A stretch of 64,000 nt of DNA from an uncultured Verrucomicrobiae bacterium (GTDB lineage: Bacteria > Verrucomicrobiota > Verrucomicrobiia > Chthoniobacterales > Chthoniobacteraceae), in NCBI GenBank assembly GCA_963828525.1, contig CAWHEP010000010.1, positions 96,001-160,000 on the forward strand. Reading direction: 5' to 3'. Both the position numbers and the translations under genes were made by a program. Below, piece by piece: positions 38,816 to 48,369 of the stretch. The notes beneath the pieces were generated by a model. That model worked only from the letters and a program-made list of their open reading frames with translations. It did not search any database and was not told the origin of the DNA. The first letter of the stretch is position 1; each line of letters opens with the position of its first letter.

Positions 38816-40080
38816 AAGATATGCCCAACCCGGAAATGCTCTGCCGTCAGCCCTTTTATCGCGCCTTCCAGAAACCCATTCGCGTCCACGATCACCCGCT
38901 GGCGCATTGTCCCAAGCGCATCTCCCCACGCCGCCTCTCGGAAAATAGGCCATTCCGTGCAGATCACCGCCGCGTCCGCGCCATTCACCGCCTCCGCCAC
39001 ATTATTAGACACCTGTGTCCCCGGCAACTCCGCCGGCAGGTGCTTTACCGCCGGGTCGAACGCCCTCACCACCGCTCCCGCTTTTTCGAGCTTCGCGCAA
39101 AGCTCCACCGCGTCGCTTCGCCGCAGCGTATCCGTATTCACCGTGTATGTCAGACCGAGCACGGCGATCACCTTCCCGCGCAAATCACCCAACCGCGCTG
39201 TCAGCCTTTGCAAGGCCCACCCGCGGTGCAAGTGATTACTCTTCGTGATTGCGGGTATCACAGAGAGGATCTCCCCATGTCTCTCTCCAAGCTCGGTGAG
39301 CGTCACCACATCCCGCGCCAGCGTCCCGCCCGCGAACGCGCCTCCCGGCCCGAGGTAAGCCTTCGATCCTATGCGCGGCTCGCTCTTCAACCCGGCGGAT
39401 ACCTCGTCCGCGTCCGCCCCGGTATGCTCGCAAAGCCTCGCGATCTCGTTGATGAACGTTACCGACAAGGCCAGGAATGAGTTCAGCGCGTGCTTCACCA
39501 TCTCCGCCGATTCCGTCCGCATGAACACAATCCGCGTTGTGAATGGCTTGAAAAGCTCCTCGATCAACGCCTTGTCCGCTTCACTCCGGATTCCCACTAC
39601 CACCCGTTCCGCCTTCTCAAAAGCCTTGATCGCCTGTCCCAGCCTGAGGTTTTCCGGCGAGCAGGCGAAATGGTGGCGGGGAAACTCCGCCTCCAGTTTG
39701 GCGCACGATCCCACCGGCAGTTGCGCCGAGATCAGAACCAGCGCCCCCTCGCGCAGATGTCGCAGCGCCCCCCTCGCGCATTCCAGCACCGACTCCACAT
39801 TCGACCTATCATCTTCGTCCACCGGTGTATCGCGCGTCACCCACAGGACATCCGCCTCGGCGCATCCCGTCTCAGCATCCGTCGTGAAAGACAGTTGCTC
39901 CGCGACAATCCCCGCCGAGATCAGTTCATCCAGCCCCGGCTCGAATAAAGGCGCTCGTCCCTCGTTCAATCCCTTCACCGTCTCCGCGTCTTCATCCACG
40001 CCCACCGTTTCGAAATGCTTTGCGCAACAGGCCGCCGTAACGCAGCCGAGGTGCCAGAGGCCAAGCGTCGTCACCTTCAT
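38812..40080 (-). CDS. UDP-glucose/GDP-mannose dehydrogenase family protein (atypical)
   Basis: SPENLRLG, SAEMVKHALNSFLA, FINEIA, EPRIG; AGGTLARD where the family has GGxCxxKD. Confidence 0.88.
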   Translation of the reverse strand: MKVTTLGLWHLGCVTAACCAKHFETVGVDEDAETVKGLNEGRAPLFEPGLDELISAGIVAEQLSFTTDAETGCAEADVLWVTRDTPVDEDDRSNVESVLECARGALRHLREGALVLISAQLPVGSCAKLEAEFPRHHFACSPENLRLGQAIKAFEKAERVVVGIRSEADKALIEELFKPFTTRIVFMRTESAEMVKHALNSFLALSVTFINEIARLCEHTGADADEVSAGLKSEPRIGSKAYLGPGGAFAGGTLARDVVTLTELGERHGEILSVIPAITKSNHLHRGWALQRLTARLGDLRGKVIAVLGLTYTVNTDTLRRSDAVELCAKLEKAGAVVRAFDPAVKHLPAELPGTQVSNNVAEAVNGADAAVICTEWPIFREAAWGDALGTMRQRVIVDANGFLEGAIKGLTAEHFRVGHIL

Positions 40081-41087
40081 TCCTTTTTCGCCCTCATGCC
40101 ACTCTGCTCATACACCGCCTCCACGATCTTCATCACCGCTCCGGCTTCTTCCAATCCCGGCTCCGCGCGGCGTCCCTCCCGTATGTCCGCGATGAATTCA
40201 TCCATCTCATGCGCCCACGATCGGTCGCCCCGCGGGTATTCATAAATCACCGTCTCCGGTGGCCCCATCTCTGGCAGCATCTTGTAGTGGTAAAGCCGCT
40301 CTACTCCGTAGCTCCCCCCCAGTCCTTCAACGTGCAGCTTCCCAGTCCGCCCATAGATCTCGAACGAAAATAGATTCTTCCACTCGCTGCAACTCACATG
40401 CAGCCAGGCGGTCTGCCCTGTGGCGGTCCGCAGATTCATAAACGCGTTATCATCCACGGGCATATCCCAAAAGTAGGTTGCCGCGTAGCCCTCCACGAAG
40501 CTGAAATCTCCCAGGAACATCCGGCTAAGATCGATCAGATGTACCCCTTGGTCGATCAACTCCCCGCCTCCTGAAATCGCGGGGTCCGCCCGCCATTCCC
40601 GGTCATACCCCGTCCGCCCCCCGTGCCCGTATCGCGCGCGGATATACATCAAACCCCCGATCTCCTTCACCAACTCGCGCGCTTTCAAAAATGCCGGGTG
40701 ATACCTGTGATTATACCCTGCCCTCACTACCACGCCCCGTTCCTTGGCGGCCGCGTCCATCTCCGTGATCTCCCCGCTGGAAAACGCCACCGGTTTTTCC
40801 ACCAGCACATGCTTGCCCGCCGCGATCGCCTGCATCGTGAGAGGAGCCAGCGCGGCGTTCAACGTCGACACGATCACCGCGTCCGCCCCGCTCATTGCCG
40901 CTTCCGCGCTCTCACACACCCGGCAGCCTCCCGCCATCCCTGCCAGCCGCTCCGCCCGTCCCCGGTCTATGTCGTAAACCGCCGTCACCGATCCCGACGG
41001 CAGATTTGCCAGCCGCTTCGCCCCGATCAGTCCGCACCCCACTATGGCGAACCGCAGCCGCGCGGGGACAACTGGGTCTGCTTTCAT
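40077..41087 (-). CDS. Gfo/Idh/MocA oxidoreductase
   Basis: GCGLIG, HVLVEKP, GGELIDQGVH. Confidence 0.92.
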   Translation of the reverse strand: MKADPVVPARLRFAIVGCGLIGAKRLANLPSGSVTAVYDIDRGRAERLAGMAGGCRVCESAEAAMSGADAVIVSTLNAALAPLTMQAIAAGKHVLVEKPVAFSSGEITEMDAAAKERGVVVRAGYNHRYHPAFLKARELVKEIGGLMYIRARYGHGGRTGYDREWRADPAISGGGELIDQGVHLIDLSRMFLGDFSFVEGYAATYFWDMPVDDNAFMNLRTATGQTAWLHVSCSEWKNLFSFEIYGRTGKLHVEGLGGSYGVERLYHYKMLPEMGPPETVIYEYPRGDRSWAHEMDEFIADIREGRRAEPGLEEAGAVMKIVEAVYEQSGMRAKKE

Positions 41088-41140
41088 CAACCCTCTCTAT
41101 TTCCCCTCCACAATTTTGCAACACTTCTCTGCGCCGCGCG

Positions 41141-42355
41141 CTACGCGTCTCCGCGTCGATGTCCCTCCTCCTCCGAGCAGTGCCTGACGAGATCGTCCAG
41201 GTTGAACACGCGACGCAGTCCTGTTTTCCAGTTTCGAAAAACGACCTCATACCATCCCTTCATCTTTTCGGGGACATACACCGAGTTCCCGACCCGTATC
41301 TTCTTGTGCTTGATGATGCGATGAATCACACCTTCGTAGGCGGACCGTGGCAGCGCTCGCAGTGAGCGCCGCCTCCATTCCACATTCCTGCCCGCGTCGT
41401 TGTATCCGGGAGGCCGCTCTGAAAAATCCAGGAGCGAGCGAGCGTTCCCCTTGAATACCGCTCCGATGTGCCTCAGACACGCGCGATCCGTGACAGCCGC
41501 GATGTCATCCAGGAAAGGGTGGCAAATCTGCCTCGCGATCTCTCGCAGGCTGCGAGCTGGGCCGGACTCCACGCGCCAGTCCGGAGCGTTAATGTCCGCT
41601 GTAAATGGATTGCGCTCAAAGCAATCGAACCGCGCCAGCCATCCCTTCCGGGAAGTGTGTTTGCGGGGATAGAATGGCGTTATGACCGGCAACCCCCGTC
41701 TTTGCAGTTCAGACAGATCATGCGACGGCCATCGGGCGACAGCCAGCGTGATCCCCACTGCCACTGAGGCGGCCGCGAGCATCAGCTCAGGGTCGGGCGT
41801 AAAATCGACCGTGATCTCTATCCTGTCTTCGCGCGGACGCGCGCCCACCCCGGTGCTGAACCGGTTCGCCGCCAGAATCAGGACCGGCGCCGGCAGGATA
41901 AATGCAAGCAACAGCGCGAGCTGGTTTAGTCCATCCGGGTCCAGGCCCCGCTCTTTTGGGATCGATACGTTATAGTGCGCGCTGAATCCTTCCAGCCTCA
42001 CAGGCCGCCCATTCGCGGCCTCCCAATCATCCAACTCGTCCCGCACAAACTCTATCTGTTCCCAAAGTGAGCGGACCGCCCGCGCGCAACATTCCGGCTC
42101 GATCTCGATGATAGGCGTCGCCACTTCCACAACTCCTGTGTCAAAGTATAGCGCTCCCCCAGAGGGCAGATGGAACGACCGTCCAGATCGCGGGATCATG
42201 CGCTCCCGAACGATTGCCTGCGGATTGGCAAAAACGTGCTCTGGCAGCCGTTTCTGGTCACGCACATAAAGCGTGAACTCAGCCTCAAGTCCTATTACCG
42301 GGCGGCGAGGCTGTGACGAGGCTTCACTCTTATCCCGTTCAGAGGATTTTCTCAC
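41141..42355 (-). CDS. PafA/Dop-like (glutamine synthetase-fold) carboxylate-amine ligase homolog
   Basis: IGLEAEF (GhExE), FHLPSGGALYFD (cf. FLxNGARLYLD), EVATP (cf. EYATxE), GFSAHYN (cf. GCHENY), DRIEITVD (cf. RLHVIVGD). Confidence 0.65.
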   Translation of the reverse strand: MRKSSERDKSEASSQPRRPVIGLEAEFTLYVRDQKRLPEHVFANPQAIVRERMIPRSGRSFHLPSGGALYFDTGVVEVATPIIEIEPECCARAVRSLWEQIEFVRDELDDWEAANGRPVRLEGFSAHYNVSIPKERGLDPDGLNQLALLLAFILPAPVLILAANRFSTGVGARPREDRIEITVDFTPDPELMLAAASVAVGITLAVARWPSHDLSELQRRGLPVITPFYPRKHTSRKGWLARFDCFERNPFTADINAPDWRVESGPARSLREIARQICHPFLDDIAAVTDRACLRHIGAVFKGNARSLLDFSERPPGYNDAGRNVEWRRRSLRALPRSAYEGVIHRIIKHKKIRVGNSVYVPEKMKGWYEVVFRNWKTGLRRVFNLDDLVRHCSEEEGHRRGDA

Positions 42356-42373
42356 ATTCGGTTTCTGCGCGCT

Positions 42374-42967
42374 TCAGCGCCCCTCACCGTGCTCACGAGG
42401 CACATAGCTTACATACCCTATGTCGATGTGCAGATGATCGTCGGTCTTACCCTGGCCCTCCCCGGCGGGCTTCGCGAATACCTCAGCTCCGAGTGAACGC
42501 GCGATCTCGCCGTACTTCTCGATGTCCCGGCGCGTGTCCAGGAAGGTGTCGCCGATCCGGTAGATATCCGCCGCCGTTCCCCAACTATGGGGGCCCGTCA
42601 CCTTGTTCCTCTTGTGCGCGGATGAACGATACCCCCCATTCACGCTGATGAATACCGGAGCCTCCACCTTTTGCCGGAATGCCTCCAGATAACGGCCCAG
42701 GACGCAAATCGCGCAAGGGACATAATGCGGGAACGAGTCGAGCAACGGACGCGCTTCCCGGCAATCCACGGACATCAGTTCAGCAAACGTAAAGTGCTCG
42801 CTGATCCGGGCCTTCTTCGCCTCTTCCCACGATGGCACTTCGTAAAAAAAGCGGGGTAGAAAGTGTATATTCCCCAGGTCATCGCTCACCGCCTCCGCGG
42901 GCTTCAGCAGAGTAACAAGCGCGCCTTCAAGCCTCAGCCCGTCCACTGCCTCGAAGGGTCCGCTCAC
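42374..42967 (-). CDS. Peptidase M15A (Zn D-Ala-D-Ala carboxypeptidase-like) protein
   Basis: SEHFTFAEL, NGGYRS, HSWGTAADI, HLHID; no signal peptide. Confidence 0.85.
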   Translation of the reverse strand: MSGPFEAVDGLRLEGALVTLLKPAEAVSDDLGNIHFLPRFFYEVPSWEEAKKARISEHFTFAELMSVDCREARPLLDSFPHYVPCAICVLGRYLEAFRQKVEAPVFISVNGGYRSSAHKRNKVTGPHSWGTAADIYRIGDTFLDTRRDIEKYGEIARSLGAEVFAKPAGEGQGKTDDHLHIDIGYVSYVPREHGEGR

Positions 42968-43815
42968 GAGCCTCCCTCCTGCTCTTTATTCCCCGTGACA
43001 TAGTCATGCGCCACCCCGGAGATCGCTGCCACCGCGCGATGCCGCTGCTCTGCGCCCGGCTTGCATTCGGTCAACACCACCAGAACGTAAGGCTTCCGAC
43101 CCGGCAGGAAAACGATGCCTCCATCATGGCAGACCGTTGAGATCTCACCCGTCTTGTGCGCCACTTTCGCCGCCGCCGGCAACCCCGCCGGGATCATACT
43201 GTTGTATTCCTGTCCCAAAAGAACATCCACGATCTGCTTTCGAGACTCCGCCGAAAGAAAGTCTTCCTCACAAAGAAGCCGGAACAGCTTGGCCAATCCA
43301 TCCGCTGACACTTCATTATTCAGCCCCTGCCGATAGGCAACTTCGTCCTCGACGCCCCGCTGTATTTTGATTCCATCGATCCCCGCGTCGTCCAGGACTC
43401 TTCGCACGAAGTGGATTCCGATGTAGTCGATGAGCAGGTTCGTCGCAAGGTTGCTGCTGCGGACAATCATTACTCGCGCGAGCTCCGCGATCGTTACCGC
43501 CCGCCCGATGCTCTTATAGATGTTCCCGTCTCCATCGTAGCTCGGATTTATTTTAAACACGCACCCGTCCGCGATGCTTCGGAAGCGATTCCGGACATGC
43601 AGCTTGTCTTCCAAACGGATCTTCCCCTCCTCCGCCGCCTTGAACAGCGCAAGCAGCACGGCCATCTTCATTGTGCTTGCGGCGTGGAAGTAGCGGTCTC
43701 CCTGGTAGGAGAAGTGCAACTCCGTCTCGTAATCGTAAAGCGCGACGGCCAGCGACAGGATGCCCGCTTTGTCCGCGATTTGTCTCAGCCGCGCGAGAAG
43801 TTTGGAGCCCGACAT
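42964..43815 (-). CDS. Class A beta-lactamase-like serine hydrolase
   Basis: FHAASTMK (SxxK), MIVRSSNLATN (SxN), AHKTG, HDGGIV; no signal peptide. Confidence 0.9.
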   Translation of the reverse strand: MSGSKLLARLRQIADKAGILSLAVALYDYETELHFSYQGDRYFHAASTMKMAVLLALFKAAEEGKIRLEDKLHVRNRFRSIADGCVFKINPSYDGDGNIYKSIGRAVTIAELARVMIVRSSNLATNLLIDYIGIHFVRRVLDDAGIDGIKIQRGVEDEVAYRQGLNNEVSADGLAKLFRLLCEEDFLSAESRKQIVDVLLGQEYNSMIPAGLPAAAKVAHKTGEISTVCHDGGIVFLPGRKPYVLVVLTECKPGAEQRHRAVAAISGVAHDYVTGNKEQEGGS

Positions 43816-43917
43816 TCAGTCCCTCACAGCCATCCGCGTCTCGCGCCCTGCCGCTTGCGGTTCGCTATCCGCGCGACCCCGACGCTCATTTTTTGCAGTT
43901 CCACGGGTGAGCCAAGC

Positions 43918-43933
43918 AGCAAACAAAATGCCA
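43918..43933 (-). promoter_or_regulatory. Sigma-54 promoter for the serine hydrolase-M15A-PafA-like operon
   Basis: Minus strand TGGCATTTTGTTTGCT, about 100 nt upstream of ATG 43815. Confidence 0.72.
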
Positions 43934-44003
43934 TTTGCCCAAATTAGACACCGAACTTCCCGGAAAGTTGAAACAAAGCCCGATTAGGCACCGCTTTCTG
44001 ATC

Positions 44004-45359
44004 TTACGGCTTGCGCCGCCTCAACGTCATTCTCATGCCGTATTTCGGTCGCAGGGTGACGAATGGTTCTATCTCCACCCGATGCCGGGGCGCCAGGTCG
44101 AGCTTCCACTCCCGCGCGACGCTTGCCAGCGTCAGAATGCCTTCCATCCACGCGAATCCCTCCCCGACGCACTGTCGAGGCCCGCCTCCAAAGGGGAAAT
44201 ACGAGAACTTCGGACGCTCGGCGATTGCCTCCGGCGTCCAGCGCTGCGGGTCGAATAGATCCGGCGCTGGAAAAAACCGGCTGTCATGGTGGACCACATA
44301 TTGGCTCAAGTAGAGAAACGAGCCCGCCGGGAGCACGTACTCGCCCAACCGATAGTCCTCCACATTCCTGCGAGCGATCACCCACACAGGCGGATACATC
44401 CTCATGGATTCCGAAAACACCATCCGGGTGTAGGGCAGCCGCGGCAGGTCGTCCGCGGTGGGAACCCTGCCCTCAAGCACTGAATCGATTTCCGCGTGCA
44501 ATGCCGTCTCCACCTTCACATGCTGGGAAAGCAGATACCACGTCCATACCAGCGCGTTACTGATCGTCTCATGTCCGGCCGTGAACATCGTCAGCACTTC
44601 ATCCCGGATTTCCCGATCCGTGAGCCCACCGGAATCCGTCTCCGAATCCCACATCCCTATTAGTATGGACAGCAAATCCTGCCGCGCCTCGCCACTCTCA
44701 CGCCGTTCCGCGATCATGCGATAGATCGTCTCATCCAGCAAACGCACCGCTTTCTCAAGCCGTCGAGTCATCGGGAGCGGCAGCTTTAGCAGGAAATCCG
44801 TGACAAGCGGCAGGTTGTGCAGATGCGACATTCCCATGACGGCCTTCCACGCCGCGCCAAGGTGCCCTTCTGTCTCCTTTTGCATATCCGCGCCGGACAT
44901 CGTGTTCACGATGATGGACATTGCCAGCCGCGACATCTCCTCGCTGATGTTCAGCGTTTCCCCGTTTTTCCATCCGGAGGTCATCCGCGATATGTGCTCC
45001 GTCATTACTCCGCTCCACAGCGCGAGCTGCCCACGATGGAATGCTGGCTGGATCAGCCGCCGCTGACGGCGGTGGAACTCCGCCTGGCTGGTTATCAACC
45101 CCTTGCCAAGCAGGCGCTTGATGGATGGATGGTTCGAACGAGCCATCCCCTGCGGCGCGCACAGGATGTTCTTGATGTGCTCGGGGTTACTAATCAGGTA
45201 ATTGTGCCGCGGTCCAAGCTGAAGATGATATAAGTCCCCATATTCCGCGGCGGCGCGGCGGAGAAAACCAAGCGGGTCGCGCCGCAATTCTATGAAGATG
45301 CCCGCCGCGAATTTGGACTTCGGCCCGGGAGGCCTGGCGCCCTTTTCTTTCAAACTCAA
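44004..45359 (-). CDS. Cytochrome P450
   Basis: AGHET, ESMR (ExxR), FDPQRW, FGGGPRQCVG heme ligand. TTG start overlaps the lpxB stop. Confidence 0.95.
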   Translation of the reverse strand: MSLKEKGARPPGPKSKFAAGIFIELRRDPLGFLRRAAAEYGDLYHLQLGPRHNYLISNPEHIKNILCAPQGMARSNHPSIKRLLGKGLITSQAEFHRRQRRLIQPAFHRGQLALWSGVMTEHISRMTSGWKNGETLNISEEMSRLAMSIIVNTMSGADMQKETEGHLGAAWKAVMGMSHLHNLPLVTDFLLKLPLPMTRRLEKAVRLLDETIYRMIAERRESGEARQDLLSILIGMWDSETDSGGLTDREIRDEVLTMFTAGHETISNALVWTWYLLSQHVKVETALHAEIDSVLEGRVPTADDLPRLPYTRMVFSESMRMYPPVWVIARRNVEDYRLGEYVLPAGSFLYLSQYVVHHDSRFFPAPDLFDPQRWTPEAIAERPKFSYFPFGGGPRQCVGEGFAWMEGILTLASVAREWKLDLAPRHRVEIEPFVTLRPKYGMRMTLRRRKP

Positions 45360-46480
45360 CCCACCCCCATTTCTGCCAGAATGGCTTCTGCGGCCCGCGC
45401 TCCTGCTCCACCCTCCCCGAGCGCTCCGACCACGCGCGAGAGATCCTGGCAGACCTGCTCGCGGGCTTCTTCGTGCTCAAAGAGCCTCAGCATTTCCTCC
45501 GCGACCGGCGCTGGCGTCATCCGGCTGTGCAGAAATTCGCGCGCGATCTCCCGTCCGGCAAGGATGTTCACCATGCCGAGAAACGGGACTTTCACCACCA
45601 GATGCCCCAGCAACAGCGTAATGGGCCCCACACGGTACAGGATGACGAATGGCAATCCAAAATATGCTGCCTCCAGGGTAGCTGTGCCGGACGCGACCAT
45701 CCCCGCCGTTGCTCTCTGCATCAATCCATGTGAATCCCCGCTCTTTATGGAACAGAACGTCTCCGTCAAACCCCGTTTCTGCAACGTTCCGGACATCACC
45801 TGTGCCATCGCGTCAGAAATGGCTGCCGCTTCGAATCTTAATTTCGGATGTGAGCGCTTCATCGCTTGCGCCGCCTCGATCATCACCGGGAATATCTTCT
45901 CGATTTCCTTCCGCCTGCTGCCGGGAAAGATGCCAATCAAGTCTGCTTCCCGGCAACTTGCGACGCGGCGCGCAGCAAGCGAATCGAGCAGAGGGTGCCC
46001 CACGAACACAGTCTTTAGACCTGATCTCTCATACAACGCCTTCTCAAAAGGAAAGATACAGATCATCAGGTCGATGATCCTCGCCATCTTCGGGATGCGA
46101 CCGCGGTGCCAGGCCCAAACCTGGGGACTTATATAGTAGATGACCCGCGTCGCGAGCCGCTTCTTCTTGACCGCTGCTGCCAGCCGCAGGTTGAACCCGG
46201 GATAATCGATGAATACGATCCCGTCCGGGTTCAGCCGCGAGACTTCCGCGAGCATCCCGTCAAATTGCTTCTTAAAATAGCCGTAGTTCTTTATTACATC
46301 GACGATCCCAACCACTGCGCGGTCGCTCCAATCCTGGAAATGATTTCCCGCGATTGCTCTCATTCTCGGCCCGCCCGCTCCGTAGAACTCGACGTCACTT
46401 ACCCGGCTCTTCAGCGCCTCCATGAGTTCCGCTCCTCTGCCATCCCCGCTAGCCTCGCCAGCCACCATGTACAACTTCAT
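45356..46480 (-). CDS. lpxB: Lipid A disaccharide synthase
   Basis: VAGEASGD, IDYPGFN, YYISPQVWAW, FPFE, FVGHPL, PGSR, ASGTATLE. Confidence 0.96.
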   Translation of the reverse strand: MKLYMVAGEASGDGRGAELMEALKSRVSDVEFYGAGGPRMRAIAGNHFQDWSDRAVVGIVDVIKNYGYFKKQFDGMLAEVSRLNPDGIVFIDYPGFNLRLAAAVKKKRLATRVIYYISPQVWAWHRGRIPKMARIIDLMICIFPFEKALYERSGLKTVFVGHPLLDSLAARRVASCREADLIGIFPGSRRKEIEKIFPVMIEAAQAMKRSHPKLRFEAAAISDAMAQVMSGTLQKRGLTETFCSIKSGDSHGLMQRATAGMVASGTATLEAAYFGLPFVILYRVGPITLLLGHLVVKVPFLGMVNILAGREIAREFLHSRMTPAPVAEEMLRLFEHEEAREQVCQDLSRVVGALGEGGAGARAAEAILAEMGVG

Positions 46481-47409
46481 CGCTCCGCCAGATTTTGCTT
46501 CTCGATAATCCCCGTTATTTCCAGCGCCAGTTCCAGCGCCGCCGCCGCGGCGTAGCCCGACACCCTTGGTTCCGAACCTTTCTGGGCGCACTCCAGAAAC
46601 GACTGGAGTTCCAGCTTCAGCGGCTCGTCTTTTTCGATCTCAACTGGCGCCCGGCTGATCTGGCCTCCGATCCGCCGATAGATTTCCCCCGTCTGATCCT
46701 GGTAGTCCAGCGAGAGATACGCGTCCTCCTGGAAAACCCGGATCTTTCGCATCTTCTCGGGGCTCACCCGGCTTGCCGTGATGTTCGCTACGCATCCGTT
46801 CTCAAAACGCAGGCGCGCGTTTGCGATGTCTTCTCCGCGGCTCAACACCGGCACCCCCACCGCGTCTATATGCGCGACTGGGGATCGCACGAGGTGGAGT
46901 ATCACTTCGAGATCATGGATCATGAGGTCAAGCACGACCCCAATCTCTGTGCTGCGATGCGGATACGGCGAAAGCCGGTGCGCCTCTATGAAGCGCGGCC
47001 GGGTGAGAAGCTCTTCCAAAACTCCCAGGACCGGATTGAACCGCTCTACGTGTCCGACCTGCAAAATCCTTCCGCGCTCGTGCGCGAGATCAGCCAGCGC
47101 CTTCGCTTCGATCGCCGTCTCCGTGATCGGTTTCTCCACGAGCAGATGCTTCCCTCGCTCCAGCAGCAGTTGTCCAATCTCAAAATGCGTGGGCGTGGGT
47201 GTTGCCACGCACGCCGCGTCCACCAGTTCCGCGAATTCCTCCAGATTCGCCGCCCCCACCACCCCGTATCGACCCGCGATCTCGCTGGTGATCGCGACGC
47301 TCGCGTCGTACACCGCCGTAAAGTCCGAACCCGCCAGCTCGGCCAGCACCCGGGCGTGGTTCTTCCCGATGTGACCCAGACCCACCACTCCTACGCGCGC
47401 TCGTTTCAT
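46477..47409 (-). CDS. Gfo/Idh/MocA oxidoreductase, GnnA-like (possible UDP-GlcNAc 3-dehydrogenase)
   Basis: GLGHIG, EKP, QVGHVERFNP, DLMIHD; located between lpxI and lpxB. Confidence 0.85.
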   Translation of the reverse strand: MKRARVGVVGLGHIGKNHARVLAELAGSDFTAVYDASVAITSEIAGRYGVVGAANLEEFAELVDAACVATPTPTHFEIGQLLLERGKHLLVEKPITETAIEAKALADLAHERGRILQVGHVERFNPVLGVLEELLTRPRFIEAHRLSPYPHRSTEIGVVLDLMIHDLEVILHLVRSPVAHIDAVGVPVLSRGEDIANARLRFENGCVANITASRVSPEKMRKIRVFQEDAYLSLDYQDQTGEIYRRIGGQISRAPVEIEKDEPLKLELQSFLECAQKGSEPRVSGYAAAAALELALEITGIIEKQNLAER

Positions 47410-48212
47410 CAGCTTTGGCCCACCACCGATACCCGGTAACGCATCGCCTTCTCAAATAACTCTTCCTTTTCCAAAAGCAACGTCTTGCCAGCTTCCACCG
47501 CGATCACCCGCAGCTTTCCCTCTCGCGCTGCGTCCAGTGTTCCAGGCCCGATCACCGGCACGTCGAATCGCAAGTCTTGTTTCGGCTTCGATACCTTGAT
47601 CATCACCGCCTCCCCCCGCCCGAGCGCCCCGCCCCGTTTGATCGCCTCGTTAGTGCCTTCAAACGCTTCCACCGCCAGCACAGTACCTTTCTTCACGATG
47701 ACGGTCTGCCCCACATCCAGCTTGCTTATTTCCTTCGCTATCCCGAATCCATACTGCACATCCGCTTCTTCTCTCGCGTTCAGCTTCGGTCCCGCGATCA
47801 ATCCCTGTCCGGCGAGGCAGTCGTCCAGGAACGTCGTGGCCGGCAAGAGCGTGATACCCGCTTTTGCCAGCTCATCGCCCACAGCCCCGAAGATCGACTC
47901 CGCGTTCCGCGCCTTCAACCGCGCCAGCAGCGCCAGCGCCTTAAAATCCGGTCGCAAATCGAAAAGATTCTTAGGATGGATTTGTCCCGCCATCACGGCC
48001 TCCGGCACCTGCTTTTTCTTAAGGAGCGAAATCAGCCGCCCAAGCTGCCCCACATTTATCCACTCGATCTCGTCCACCAGCTCGCCCAGCTTCGGGTCCG
48101 TCTCATTCTCAAACGCCACTGCCACAAGCCGCTTCACCCCCGCTTTCCGGGCGGACCGCGCGATCATCAGGGGATATACGCCATTGCCGGCAATGATACC
48201 AAAAGAGGTCAA
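47409..48212 (-). CDS. lpxI: UDP-2,3-diacylglucosamine diphosphatase LpxI
   Basis: GIIAGNGVYP, DVGQT, AVEAFEGT, KPKQDLRFDVPVIG. Start estimated at TTG 48212. Confidence 0.92.
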   Translation of the reverse strand: MTSFGIIAGNGVYPLMIARSARKAGVKRLVAVAFENETDPKLGELVDEIEWINVGQLGRLISLLKKKQVPEAVMAGQIHPKNLFDLRPDFKALALLARLKARNAESIFGAVGDELAKAGITLLPATTFLDDCLAGQGLIAGPKLNAREEADVQYGFGIAKEISKLDVGQTVIVKKGTVLAVEAFEGTNEAIKRGGALGRGEAVMIKVSKPKQDLRFDVPVIGPGTLDAAREGKLRVIAVEAGKTLLLEKEELFEKAMRYRVSVVGQS

Positions 48213-48369
48213 GCGCCAAAATGTTACGGGACATCCCGCCTCCAAGTCGAGAAGCCCGTGAAACAAAGTCAGACCGCATCACCTGCAAAACGAGTCTGGC
48301 CCTTCCCTGTCTGCTGAGTAATAGTGGGGGCCTTAGCTCTTCCGCGCTCTCTCCAGTGCCTACAGCCGC

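Noticed and set aside
42964..43815. Calling this a bona fide antibiotic-resistance beta-lactamase
   Set aside because: No signal peptide, SSN rather than SDN, and no clear ExxLN omega-loop motif; only the fold is supported.
43824..43889. 21-codon minus-strand ORF (MSVGVARIANRKRQGARRGWL) between the sigma-54 site and the serine hydrolase, considered as a Pup-like tag
   Set aside because: It is basic, lacks a C-terminal GGE/GGQ and has a weak RBS; cannot be supported.
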